NCBI GenBank assembly: GCA_000708835.1
Contig: DF237359.1
Span: 19,202-83,201 of the forward strand
Direction: 5' to 3'
Source of the DNA: Klebsormidium nitens
Lineage: Eukaryota; Plantae; Klebsormidiophyceae
DNA length: 64,000 bases
A program made the position numbers and the translations under genes. The notes below the pieces were generated by a model. It made no database searches. It saw only the letters and a list, made by a program, of their open reading frames with translations, and was not told the DNA's origin. Each line of letters begins with the position of its first letter. The first letter of the stretch is position 1. This document shows, piece after piece, positions 1 through 11,971 of this stretch.

Positions 1-472
1 TATAGAGGCATGAGAACATTTTGGTTCAGCTACCCTCGAGTTTCGCTGCCTCTCAGCTCCTTACTGGTGGCAGAATGTTCAACGTCGTTACGTGCAGCAT
101 CGAGCCGTTTAACTTCCTGCGTTCTCTGCATCCTCGGTTGCGCTTCTCTTTCTGCTTCGATCTTGAGTGTATCAGTTGGTACTTGACAGGACGGCAATTG
201 TTGCACTGTAGATCTGTTGAGATTCTTTTTGAACTCCTCGCGCTTGTTCCTCAACCCCTTTGTCGGGTTTCTTGTTGCTTGGTCGATCACAAGCAAAGTC
301 GGGTGGTGATTGACAGGACGCACAACCGTTGCATGGTGATCTCAAGACGTTGAGACTCTTCTTTTCACCTTCTATGCTTGTTCCAACAAACTCTTTGTCC
401 GGTTACAGAACCTGGCTAGGTCTAGAAGGAAACGAAAGTGCTGACGTCAGTGCACACTTCCCTTGTATGCAG

Positions 473-3400
473 ACCAAGTTCGCACTCTGCGAGGGAAGCG
501 AAGGAAGCGAGTGTGACGTCCTCATCTTTCCTGACATGAAGCGATACAGGTAAGCGATGGCAGATTTCACACAATCGCCCTGAAGCTTTATTGGAGAACG
601 GTCTTCAACTTCATATAGAATAAGCTTTCTGAGCATTCCGGTAGACTCGAAAGAAACAATATGGCTTCTGAGCGAAAGCCCGGGTACCTCGATCCGAAAA
701 ACGACCGAAAGACAGATGCTCTGCAAGCCGGATGTAATGCTACCAACGCTTAAGCTACGGACCCAGTTCCGCCTTAAGAAGCCGTTTCTCAAATGAAGCT
801 AGAATGCAACAGGCCAGCAGAGTTGATCAAAAGTTGTTAGGATGCCTGACGGTTGCCAGATGAGTATGAATTTTTGCCTCCAAGCATTCCTACGGTCTGA
901 GATATGGTAATTTGGACTACACTCTGTCCTGATTCAATCTGATTGGCGGTGCCAACAAGTCTCCGCTTTGACCAGAAATGAATTAGCATAGCTTATGCCT
1001 TTCAGTCTGCTTCGATACTCCTACTTGCGAGTATCATCAATCCCTGACAACATACTTCTCAATAGGATGCACTCAGAAACTCGGTCCCTTATGAATCCAC
1101 ACAGGTTTTCATGAACATGTGTCTACACTCCCTTTCCGGAAAAAGCAATCCGAATACAACTACCTCGACAATAACATGGCCCTCTGATGTCCACTATGCG
1201 CCAAACAACTTTCCCAAAACCGATCGACCACGCTCTTTTAGCGCAGACTGCATACTTTCTAATCTGCTCCCTCCTCAGTGCGGTGACTCACTTCGACATC
1301 GACCACCTGATCGAGTTCCTCCTCACCGGCAAGGAGAAGGTGCTGCGCTCGCAGCGAATCACGGGCTGCCACGTGTTCGTATGCGCCCACGCCAGCAGGG
1401 ACGCGCGCTGCGGATCCTGCGGACCCCCCCTCGTGCTGGCGTTTCAAGCCGTGGTCCAGGCGAAGGGCCTGGAGAAAACGGTCCACGTGCGCGCGTGTTC
1501 GCACGTCGGGGGGCATGCTTTTGCGGGCAACGTGATTATCTACATGGAGCGGGAGGGGAAGATTGCTGGGGACTGGTGAGATTGCGCTCTTTGTTTTCTT
1601 CTTGTCTTTCAGTCTCTTGCGACACAATTGCGTGTTGATGATTCATGAATCATTTCGGTCAGTCCAGTTGTGAGATGAATTCAGTGGAACTTCGGTTGGG
1701 TTTTGTATAATGTGGCATGCTGCGCTAGAATATCATATGCATGCAGCGAGCTTGCAGTCGGACTCCGGTTTTTTAAGTCGCCTCTAAGTTTTGATGTACA
1801 GTCTTCATTCAGGGGGTCACCCTGCAGGTACCTGTAACGTTCTAATCAAAATGCAAAATATTCAGGGCGGACACGTGTTTGGACAAAATTATCTGTTCAT
1901 CCTCTCACCATATCAAAGGTCCTGCTTCGTAAATCTTCCCTATCAAACCCTTTGAGTTTCCATTTCAGACAGGTCTGGACGCATATCCTGCAGGTATGGT
2001 TACGTCACACCTCGTGACGTTCCGCTGATCGTCGAACAGCACATCGAGGGCGGACGGATCGTCGACAAGCTGTGGCGCGGCGCGATGGGCCTCACGGCAG
2101 AGGAGCAGCAAGCGGAGCTACGGAGAATAAGAGCCGTTCAGGACGCAGAGGGACCAGAGCCCGAGGCAGCGCCGTGCGACGACTGCACGTTCTTGAAAGT
2201 CGAGGTGCGCAGCTAGTTGCTTTTATGGTGCGCTACACGGTGCTTGTTCCTGAGAGGTCGGTGCTTCTTTGACCGCTGTGGAAGGAGCCTACTCCTTCTG
2301 TAACAGAATACCCGTTTGGTGGATTCCGTTGATGTGCCATCAGGGGCGCGGAGTAAGCTTTTGTTGCGTTAATAGACCAAGTGGACCGTTTGGGGGTGCA
2401 GAGGGTCCAGAGCGCGACGAGGCGCCATGGCAGGATTGCAAGTTTGGAGATCTGAAGGCGACTAGGCATTTGGTTTTCAAGGTTCAGCGCGGGTCTGCTG
2501 AGATTTGGGGTTGTCTGCGGATCTGCTAGAGGGAGTCCCTGCGCTGATCACATCCTTGAAGTGGGGTTGGGGGTTCTGCAGCGACGAGTTGGCCTGCATG
2601 CCAGGGTTTGGAATGTTCCAACACAGTATCGCGTGAGTACCTTTCGGGCGACACCAGAGCAGGATGCGGAGGCAATTTGGTAACGCACTTCGGAGAAACT
2701 TTTGAGTTGCATGAAAGTGCCGTCCGCTGAGCTGGTCACTTCTGGCACTCGTGTGCCGAAGAGCGGCTACGCTTTTGAAAGGGCCGCTGAGGGAAAATAG
2801 GTACAAAGCAGGCGGAAGCAGGTGCCGCTTAAGCGAGACGAGAGACATTGGCTCCGGTCGGTATGGACATGGTGGCGAAGTTTGGCTTGAGCGTTCAGAT
2901 TTCTGCGAATGTGTGAAAGTGGTTAACGCCTGGCCGTTGAGGACTTCTCCGAGTAGCGCTTCGTGTGTGCTGCCCAACTCATCCGTTGCAGGGCAAAATG
3001 TCAATCGGCACCCAAATTTGACCTGAAGAGAGGCACGGTCATGGCCAGATCTAACAGGTCCTGAACCTACAGCAAAGGGTTGGCTTTGTACGGGTTTCAG
3101 TACAATAGAAGCCACATCGCCCGCTTGGAGTATGCGAGTTGGACATGATCTTGGTATCCATACTCAGAACAGATTCAGACCTGGGATGCCACGAGAGAAT
3201 ATTCTGCGGTTCCACCTGCAGGAGATCGAGGAACTCGTGAAGGAAGGCGTCTGCGCTCCGCACGACCCGGCGAAACTCGACAAAGCGTCAAATAAAACCG
3301 GCTGCTGCGGCCCAAAACCTGTGGACGGACAGCAATCCAACAGCGCACCGGCATTAAAGTCAAACCCGGGGACCAGCGACGGCTCTTCGCTTTTTGTGTC

Positions 3401-3551
3401 GGTAGCCGCACAAGTCAGGCGGCTGCAGTACCCGGATGTGTCTTCCTGGTGGAAGAAGCTTGATGCCACGGATATAGCCCTGTGTGGGGCGTTAGCGCTT
3501 TCGGGAGTGGCTTTATGTATAGCAATAAATCTGCATACGCGTAGTAGGTAA
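473..3551 (+). CDS. AIM32: Sucrase/ferredoxin-like (Aim32/Apd1-type thioredoxin-like 2Fe-2S) protein with a C-terminal hydrophobic tail; 5' exon(s) lie upstream of the window
   Basis: Exons 473-549 (TKFALCEGSEGSECDVLIFPDMKRY), 1279-1575 (AVTHFDIDHL...FVCAHASRDARCGSCGP...SHVGGHAFAGNVIIY...GDW), 1994-2204 (YGYVTPRDVPLIVEQHIEGGRIVDKLWRGAMG...) and 3222-3551 (...IALCGALALSGVALCIAINLHTRSR*). All introns are GT-AG and phases join in frame. The Cx8C and HxGGH ligand motifs and GDWYGYVTP are family hallmarks. Confidence 0.9.
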
Positions 3552-5342
3552 TTGATACTGCTGCAGCACGCTTTATTCTTTGTAGGTCGTCGACAATGAG
3601 CTGACGGTGAGTGGTACGGTATGTAAATATTGCGGAAGATTCATGTGAGCGGCGGTCCAGCCCGAGAGAGAGAACCGAGATAAGGGAGGGTCGGTGAGAT
3701 GTTGAGCCCATCAACCCCGCAATTTTGATCAAACCACCAATACTTTGATTACTATGACTCGGTGACTTTTTTCATTTTTTTAAACTTCGATGGCCATAAG
3801 TGTTGATTAGACTAATAGCCACCTCAGGCTGGACCAATCTGAACAACATTCTTTTGTAGTTAATTTTAATATTGTGATTAGGCGGCATCTCAAGCAAAAT
3901 GGCAAGGGCATATGCGGCACTAATGATTAGTACTTCGTTGAAAGGATCGATCAAATGTGCAATTGGAATATTCATGATTGCGAAGATCTGCCGCCAATAG
4001 AATGGCCGGCAATGAAATTCATGGACCTGGGCCGGCCGCCGTTCAATGCCGTTCAACGTACTCAGATCGATTGAGTTGGTGACAGTGACGGATCGTTGCC
4101 ATGGGCTCCCCTTCAGTATTCATCATCAATGGTTGGCATGTGAATAATCGTGCATCCGGCCTATCAGTGGCCGCCCGCCGCCATGTGAGCTCACGTTAAC
4201 TTTGGTTGCTGCTCTAGCAACTGCTGGCAACGTGTTCAGGGAAAGTTTCATAACTCAAGGATCAATGATCGATCCAGTTGAAGTGGTAGAACTTAAGTCA
4301 CCTCTAACCCCATATGCCAGGCAGCTCTATCGCCCGCCCCATCATTAGGTTACCTCATAGGTGACCCCTCGCGTAGGTGACCCCACTGATATCATAGTAT
4401 GCGGGCCAGACCTCTAGGGGCTGGGATCGCCACCTGCAACCCCATCCCAAACTTAGTCAGTGTTGCACTTGTGGGGTTCTGTAGGCAAGCACTAAGTTAG
4501 TGCTCACATTGCTCTCTTTTGTGCATGTTGAAGGTGCATGATGGAAAGTTGACATTGAGAAACTTCTGAAACTGATGACCTAACCCAAAATGCGGGTAGA
4601 ACAGTGTTGAGAGCCCTTCTCAGATATAGACGGATTGCGGGCCAAGAGGCGATCCTTGTTGTCGAAAGTCTCAGTCAGACAGAGTCTGAGTTTACTCTGT
4701 CTCCTTCTATATCAACTCAGACTTAAATGGAGGTGCAAGGTGCAACAAACACACTGATCTTTGAAACCTTAAGTTCAGCAGAGAAAGCATAGAATTCCCT
4801 GGGAAGCGAAGGGACTTACAGTGGGTTAGTGGGTCTTCTAGCACACGCATCTGACAATCCAAGGGGAATCCAAGCTTCAAAATTCGAATTCGAAAGCTGA
4901 GGGATCCCTCAGTTTCACAACAGGGAACTATGACCGTCCAAATTTATTTGACACCTTAATATCATCTCGAGTACGCCCGGTAATGACACATTGTAATTGG
5001 CGACACATGGCATGTGCACAGAGATCTTCAATGGACGGACAAGATGAGCCAGGTCGCGTTACTAGTACACCGACAAACGCCTCGAACGCACCTGCGCCGT
5101 CCGATAAAAACCTGTCAGAGCTTCCTGCGGCACTTGGAAGTGACATCCTTGATGTTCGGACGACTGTCGTGTAGACTGGAGCAAGGCGGTCAGCGCCGTC
5201 AACCTCGATCGGGCAACTCCGGCAATTACGCTGCTTGAAGAGAAGCGGCAAAAGCCGAATTCAGCTCCCGCAGCTTCCAGTATATCCAGTACTAGTGTCA
5301 CAGCAACCACAACATTGCGCAGTTGGAGTCCGCGCCACCACA

Positions 5343-8300
5343 ATGGGTAGCTCTGAACCACCGCTCTTCCTACGACAGCAGCTGGAGAAGCTGCTTCCAC
5401 CAGCGGAGAAGTTAGGGGCGTCATTGAAGGTGGAGGGGGTGAGTTGCACCAGCAGTGATCATAGCCGTAACTGGCGGAACACAATGCTGCGTCAGTACCT
5501 TTACAGCGTGGTGGACGACATTCTGAGGGACGTGGTGAACGGCGGGTGAGTTGAAGTCACAAAAATCTCAATTTTGAATACATTCTCTTTGATTGCACCT
5601 GGCCCCTCAACTTTCTCGATCTCTTGGAACTTCTCGAGCCTGGTGGTTGATTGAGCGGCATGATTGAGGGGTGCAACGTTCTAGCTGAGTCCTTTGCGCT
5701 GGACTATATGTTTCTCCTTCTGTGTCTGATTCCCCCAAGCCAACTTGAAGTCCCTGCAGGCATTTGTGCCTGGTTCATTAGAAGCAGGCTACGGGAGAAG
5801 CAGACCACTAGCTGTTTTTTCTCCAGAAGCACTTCTTTCAGCTAGCAAGTTCAGTGACCAGTGTGTTTCAATGAGCCCCCCTTTCATTGACCTGGCAGTG
5901 TCTGTTAGGCGATGAGACTTAGGGTACGTCATCTTGGAGAACCCCCCATCAGGTCAGGGGGTGGATCCAGCTGGGAGTTTAACATTTAGGCACTGCATGT
6001 ATGTGGGGAGGGAACGAAGAGAAAAGAGCCAACCACTGGACCGGGAGGGGGAGGGGGGGGGAGCTCAATGTATCCTGAGCTAAAGTTTGGCAGTCCTCGA
6101 TAGAAGAGGGGCAACCTTGGCGCATCGTCTGCCGATGGCCTCTGGAGCTAACATAATAGTTTACATGAAGGGTTTTTCAAGCTGCCTTTGGTTCAGCCTT
6201 TCATTAACCAGGGCCACAAAAGGTCCACCTGAGCTGCAAAAGCAAGCTTGCCCAAGTCACCAGCTCAGCTCTTATTTTTTCCAATGCAGATTTGGGGCCG
6301 CGATTGTCGATCCTGCCAGCGGTAAGCTCCTGGCTGCTGAGGCCATCTTCAAGGATGTCGATACGCTCTCATTGGAGAGTCTTGTGGCTGCCTTGTACCG
6401 GGCCCTGAAGGACTTCCTGAGAGAGACAGAGTCTCTGGATGAAAAGGTAAGATCTGGGCGTGTGGGAAATGGCCATACGTGCTTGAGAGGTTTTTGGAGA
6501 TGGGAGATTGGGACTTGCTCTCAACAGTACAGCTTTTAGCACATGGCAAGTACAGGGGGGGGATCAGTCCTGCGCCGATCCAGAAAAGAGAGAATGTCTG
6601 GTTTTCAAAGCCGGGGATTTTTAGTAAGCCGTTTGAATCCAACTTGTTTTGCAGTGTGACCTCGCACATGCCAACTACTTTGAGCTTGACAAGTGGGGTT
6701 TTGGCAGATCAAGCTTCCCCACTCCTCAAGAATCCTCAAGTTGCTCATCCCTTGGCGCGCAGCATAGGACTGGAGTGAAAGGTAGTACACTGGTGAAAGC
6801 GAAACTCGAAGTGGCCGCCTTGGCGAATTCTGCATGGCACGTTGACCTTGTGGTCGCCGTGATTCTGGACCTTTGTGCTGTGCAAACCAACAATCCAGAC
6901 GGTATGCTCCACTTAAGAGATTGGGGACTCACTTCTTCCAAAAGGAACTAATGAAATCACTAGCTGCCCTTCTCATATGTTGCAGACGGGCCTCCTTATT
7001 GAACCCCTGAACACATGCTGCTTAAATTCCCACTACTAAGGTCCCATAAGCAAGGTCAATAATCCGTTGAAAACCAGGCCGACTAGATTTGTCTGAAGTT
7101 CGTTCTGCTTACTGACTCATCCACGTCTCTCCGATCTTGGCAGTGCTCTTGGGCGTTATTTCATCCTTTTGCATCACTCAAATCTGACTGTCATATCATC
7201 TGATCATCTGATCGTCATCTTCTCATCATGTGTCAACATCAATCTTATCATACTTTTGATCATCTCGTTTGCTGCGCTGCAGTTCTCGTGGCTCGGAACC
7301 TTTGGCGTTACCCGATGCCAGATGCTCGGCCAGAGCGGGCTCCTTGCCGCGATCGACTACTTCCTCAGCCGTGCAAAAAAGGAGCCTGCGCTGTGCCGTG
7401 CCTTCCTGGCGCGGCTCGACAAATCGTTCGCCGACCCGACCAAACGCTACTGCGCCATTAGTGTGCGCGCGCTCGCGCGCGCCTGCCTCAAGCATCTTCT
7501 GGGCGCCGCTGACGACACCGCCCAGGCGCCTGATGACGTCTTTGGTCAAGTCAACGCCGCGCTGCCTACGGAGGCGGGTGTTGGCAATTTGGAGGAGGTG
7601 AGCGCGAACGCCATACTTGATGTTATGCTTCTTTACCTACGCTGCGGCATAGATGAAAATGTATTGTCTGTGCACGTCTTTGATACCGTATATAGATTCG
7701 ACGTTACTAACATACTCACCTACTGATTTAATCAAGGCCTTCGCTGATATTAGTCGGCAGACTTATCAGATTTCAGTGACCCGTTTCGCAGACTATCTGT
7801 CTCCATTTTCCGCCGAGAGTGGAAGCCGTCGTGCTTGTCGAGTACGAACGTCCTGTAGGAGAGCCTGTTGAAGTTCTTGCCCCCTGAAGCAGTGACGAAA
7901 GAAGTCTGGACGTTGCTCAACCAAGTTGGTACTACGTCGCCCAACGAACGCGGAAATCGAGCTTGCTTTTTGATTCCAGACAACGCTCTGTGTATCTGAC
8001 GACAGTGCGAATGGGGCGCCTTTGTGCAGGCCGGCTGGTACGCGCCACTGGACGAAGGCACTTGGATCGAGAACTACTTTCAAGTTCCTGCCCCAGACGT
8101 GCAGAGCGGCGCGACACAAACTCTGCACCAGCCCGCCGTGATGCCCCAGGCCGCCACAACGCCTCTTCAGGTACGAGATCCTTCGATTGGCACGTACGGC
8201 AAGTAACTGTTCAGTGAACTGTGCTCCCTGAAATTGGGTTGTCTAGCACGTCTTCTTTTTCTGCGGACACACGGATGCTCTTCGTGTTTTTCGGTTCCTT

Positions 8301-8692
8301 CCAGGGAAGCCGGGTCAACCACGGCGTGCCGACGCGGAAATGGAGCCGCTAAATGACACTCTTCTTCAGCGGCCAGCCTCCTTAGCTGCTCAGGTGCAAT
8401 TTCAATACTTTTCCGGAACTTAGCATTAAAGCCGGCTGCGTCTTTGCAGGGGGATCAGCGATTGCCCGTGTACGATCTGGCACGCGACCTGGTTTCCAAC
8501 GGGCACGCGTCCCTGGTTCTCGAATCCTTCGGACCTGTCGCCATGGAAATGGTGGAAGGAGAGAATGCCGTTGAGAGGGTCCAAGAGTTTGAGGCGCAAG
8601 CTGCTCCCTCTGCTCTGAACGAAGCGGGAGGGCGCAGTTTTGGAGGGCTTGAAAGTTTGAGCTGGTATTGTCAGGCTGCTTCTCAGACATAG
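5343..8692 (+). CDS. Hypothetical protein (~390 aa), no family recognised
   Basis: Exons 5343-5545, 6290-6446, 7283-7597, 8030-8198 (GC donor; alternative GT donor after 8170), 8305-8393 and 8450-8692. GC-rich exons are bounded by (T/G)GCAG or CCAG acceptors and GT donors, and phases are consistent. The start codon and the exon 4/5 junction are uncertain. Confidence 0.7.
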
Positions 8693-9829
8693 TTTGTTTG
8701 TGGGGTCAGATGAGGTGCAAAAACTTGTAAATATGTACAGTACATACGTACACGGTTGTATGGAGGTGTACACGTGATATTTGCCGTCGATGTATTTGTG
8801 TATGATTACCGTCCAGTATTTGAGCAATTGACCTTAATATTCGATCCAAATCTTGCCAAGTTGTACTTGGAAAGTGTCAATCGAGCTAGTCGGAACGACG
8901 AGGTCATATCAGTTTTTCAATTAACGTCTTTTCACTTCTAGTTTCAATCTGTTTTAGTGGTACGTACTACAAGCTGACTCTTTGCAAGGTGCACTGCAGT
9001 AAATAGGATATATGATAATCAAATGCTTCTGAAGCTACACGAAAGTAACCAGTATAAAGTCCGGTGCAGGCGGTTGTGCCAGCAGCTCTGGGTCTATCAT
9101 GCAGCCGCCATCATTGTGCAACCTATTTACTATTTAATTGTCATTCCTACCCGCGTAAAGTGTTAGTACTTTTCCGCGGCCGTGGCACACCATTATGCCC
9201 GGCTGAAGCTGCATGCACAGGATCGCTTATAATATAACAGCTGAGCTAGCCTAGATCAACACAAGAATATGATGTCGGTCAATCATGTTGGCATGAGTGA
9301 CCGGGCAACGGCCGCGGGCCAGAATCATGCATATGAACACCTGGCAGGATCTTTACGGTTTCTAAAGGTGGCCATGCTATATTAGCAACGCGGTCACTGT
9401 CCGGCAAATGATACTGCATGACGCTGTCCCGAAATCAGACAAGCGTAGGGAGCACGTAAAACTGAAGTAGCTGGTTAACTTTGGAGCATGACAGATTTAT
9501 ATGCTTTGTAAGCTTCGGCTTCCAACACGTTGGCTCCTACGTAGGTGTCCTGATTGCGTCCCTATTACCTAGATGTGGAGCCTGCGGGGTCACCTGCTTA
9601 CGTCATGCTTAATACTGAATAGTTGACCTGTTACATTTCCGAAACGAGTCTTCGAATCCGCATAACCTGCTAAAGCTCCACAGTGCCCGTGTTGCTTCGA
9701 GCCCTATAAACTTCGATAAGTTCTGTGCCCGTCCGATGTCCGACCTGAGCAAGCAACATGTTTAGCTAATTTCAAACGAAGACCCTTGTTCTTAAGTGTC
9801 TTAAACGCGCACTATTGTGCAACCCCACT

Positions 9830-10055
9830 CGCACGCAACGGCGCAACTGCCACGTGGCTATCAAAGGGCGGCGTTGATTTACTAGAAATGGAGCGGGAAA
9901 GACGGGAAGGCCTGCTCGTTGCACATGTTGCAATCTACTAAGGTTCGCCTCACTCTACGCTGTCCCGTGAAGGCCCCGTATGCCCGTAAAGCTGGCTTGA
10001 GCCGAGCGGCCTGCCTCGAGCTCCAGTACTGCAAATGCTCGAGTACCTGAAAATG
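9830..10055 (-). pseudogene. Decayed third copy of the amidase terminal exon (with acceptor and 3' flank)
   Basis: Aligns by eye to amidase A exon 15: 'ggcctgctcgt..aaggttcgcctc..cccgtgaag' vs 'ggcctgctcgt..aagcttcgcctc..cccgtggaag'; 'gcaaatgctcgagtacctgaaaa' vs 'ggaaatgctcgggaacctggaaaa'; both share a downstream 'tgccacgtggc'. It contains stops and frameshifts. Confidence 0.7.
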
Positions 10056-11971
10056 TCATCAAGCGAAGTAACTTTTAAGGAGAGCACAAAGCGCGGTACC
10101 GGATCGGTACCGTCTCGGAGACGACGCCATCAAGAGAAGATTGTTCCGAGATTACAAAGCGGTTGGGAACGCGGACGTCAGAGCACAATTACCGCGGATG
10201 TCCTAGGAACGGAACGGACGGAGCGGACGGAACGACCTGCGGAAGGACGCCACGGACGTAAGATGACCGAAACCGGAAGGTAGTTGGAGATCTCACTTGC
10301 ACATAGACAAAAGTGAGGAGCGGAGGGACGAGACTGGTAGTCAAACGCAAGACGAGGAAGACTGAAAGTTATTCAGGCAAGAAAGGGCGGCCGGTAGTGG
10401 GATGGAAAAGGTCAAAATAAGCGGATGTAGAATATCCTCAAAACTATTAGGAGCAGGGTGGCAAAGGGCCGCGCAAACGGACGGCGTTTTCAGCAGAAGA
10501 CGGGACGCAAGCGGACGTACAGAACCCGGACGGAGTCGACTTGGTATTTGAGGAAGGCCTACGAGCTACTCATAAGTCTGGAAGCGGAACGAGGGTGCAT
10601 GAAGCTAGCAAGCGAAAGGCTTGCTTGAAACTGATCGAAGGCGACTTGGATACTGAAGGAGGGTTGCCTGAGTGTTTGGTTGATCAGCTCGCTCGTCCAT
10701 CTATATGGGAGGAAGGCCCTCCAGAAGTATCGAACAATTATAAGCTGCGTTGTAATAGAATGTCACTGGCGCGATTCCCTTGACTGGCAGCTTTTTGAGG
10801 GAGTTAAAAAGAATGCTCGCGAACCAGATGTCCGCAACTTAAGTTAGGACGCAATTTAAGTTAGGAGATTAAGCGCGTCTGCATTCTTGTACGTTGGTTG
10901 CAATAGATCCTTCAAGCCTAGCTGCGGCCCGCTAGGTGCTATAGATGTTGTGCCTAAGATTTAAACGGTACTTTGAGATCGCCTGAGCGCTCGCGGATCT
11001 GAAACTACTAATTTTCGTTGTCCCTTCCACCTTAATTGAAACCAGGCCACAACGTCAGTTGAAGGACTCGGCCACGCTATACTCAAGAATAGGACCCAGA
11101 TTTTTAGAGGCTCCGTAGCCTGAAAGAGATCGGTGTGTCAGGGGGTGATCGAGGTGCGCGCGGCTCTGTTGTGTCTAGTCGGCAGACACGCACATCAACC
11201 GCTATGCTGAAAAGAGAAAGCCTCGCACTCCTACTTCTACATATGATGCAGGGGTTGAACTCGAGCACTTGGTTCCTTCGACTTTTGTTCGATCAGAAAC
11301 AAAGTAGTTGGCTTCCGGCCTTGTTTGTAAAAGCTACACGCGCCCGCGAGCTTCGGCGCTAGCGAACACGTATACATCTACTCTACAATGAGACGCCGTG
11401 TTGATCTCACGAGATCAGATTATGCAAATCTGACCAGCATGATTCAAGGCTGCAACAGATAGCATATGTCGGACGGATGCAGCAAACAAAGGCTTCCAAG
11501 ATTTTCGAAGTGGAGTAGTCTTTGTAGCCACGACGAATAACTTATTAAACGATGGCTTAGCCTCGTTCCGACGTTTTCGTTTGCTCTTTCTAATCTGCTT
11601 ATACCAAGCACTTATTCCTTGAGGAGATGTTGGGTCCCTACTTTCTGGCACACACTTGATGTTTCTACCGTCCAATGGCGTGAGCTTATTTGCTAACCTC
11701 CGAATGTTCAGCAGTTCATGGAAAACGTCAGGGGAGCCTGTCTGATCATTCCAAAGCGAGGCTGCTATTCCACATAACTTATGCTCCACGCACCGAGCTG
11801 AAATGCAGTTCTTATTGATCCCGTGCAACTACAAATTCTGACCCATGTCCAAAACCCTACCCAACCTAGCAACATGTCTAACTCAAAACCTTAACCCGAC
11901 TCCCAGTACTTCTCCAGCACGCGATCCCCGCACGCACTCCTGCGCCCACTTGCGCACTTGCCACGTGGCGA

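Noticed and set aside
10870-11130. A fourth amidase terminal-exon relic
   Set aside because: Only a few short matching words, and translation does not recover the conserved residues.
11415-11828. 137-aa ORF as a gene or transposase fragment
   Set aside because: No recognisable motif or splice context. It directly follows the amidase A 3' end and may be UTR or intergenic sequence.
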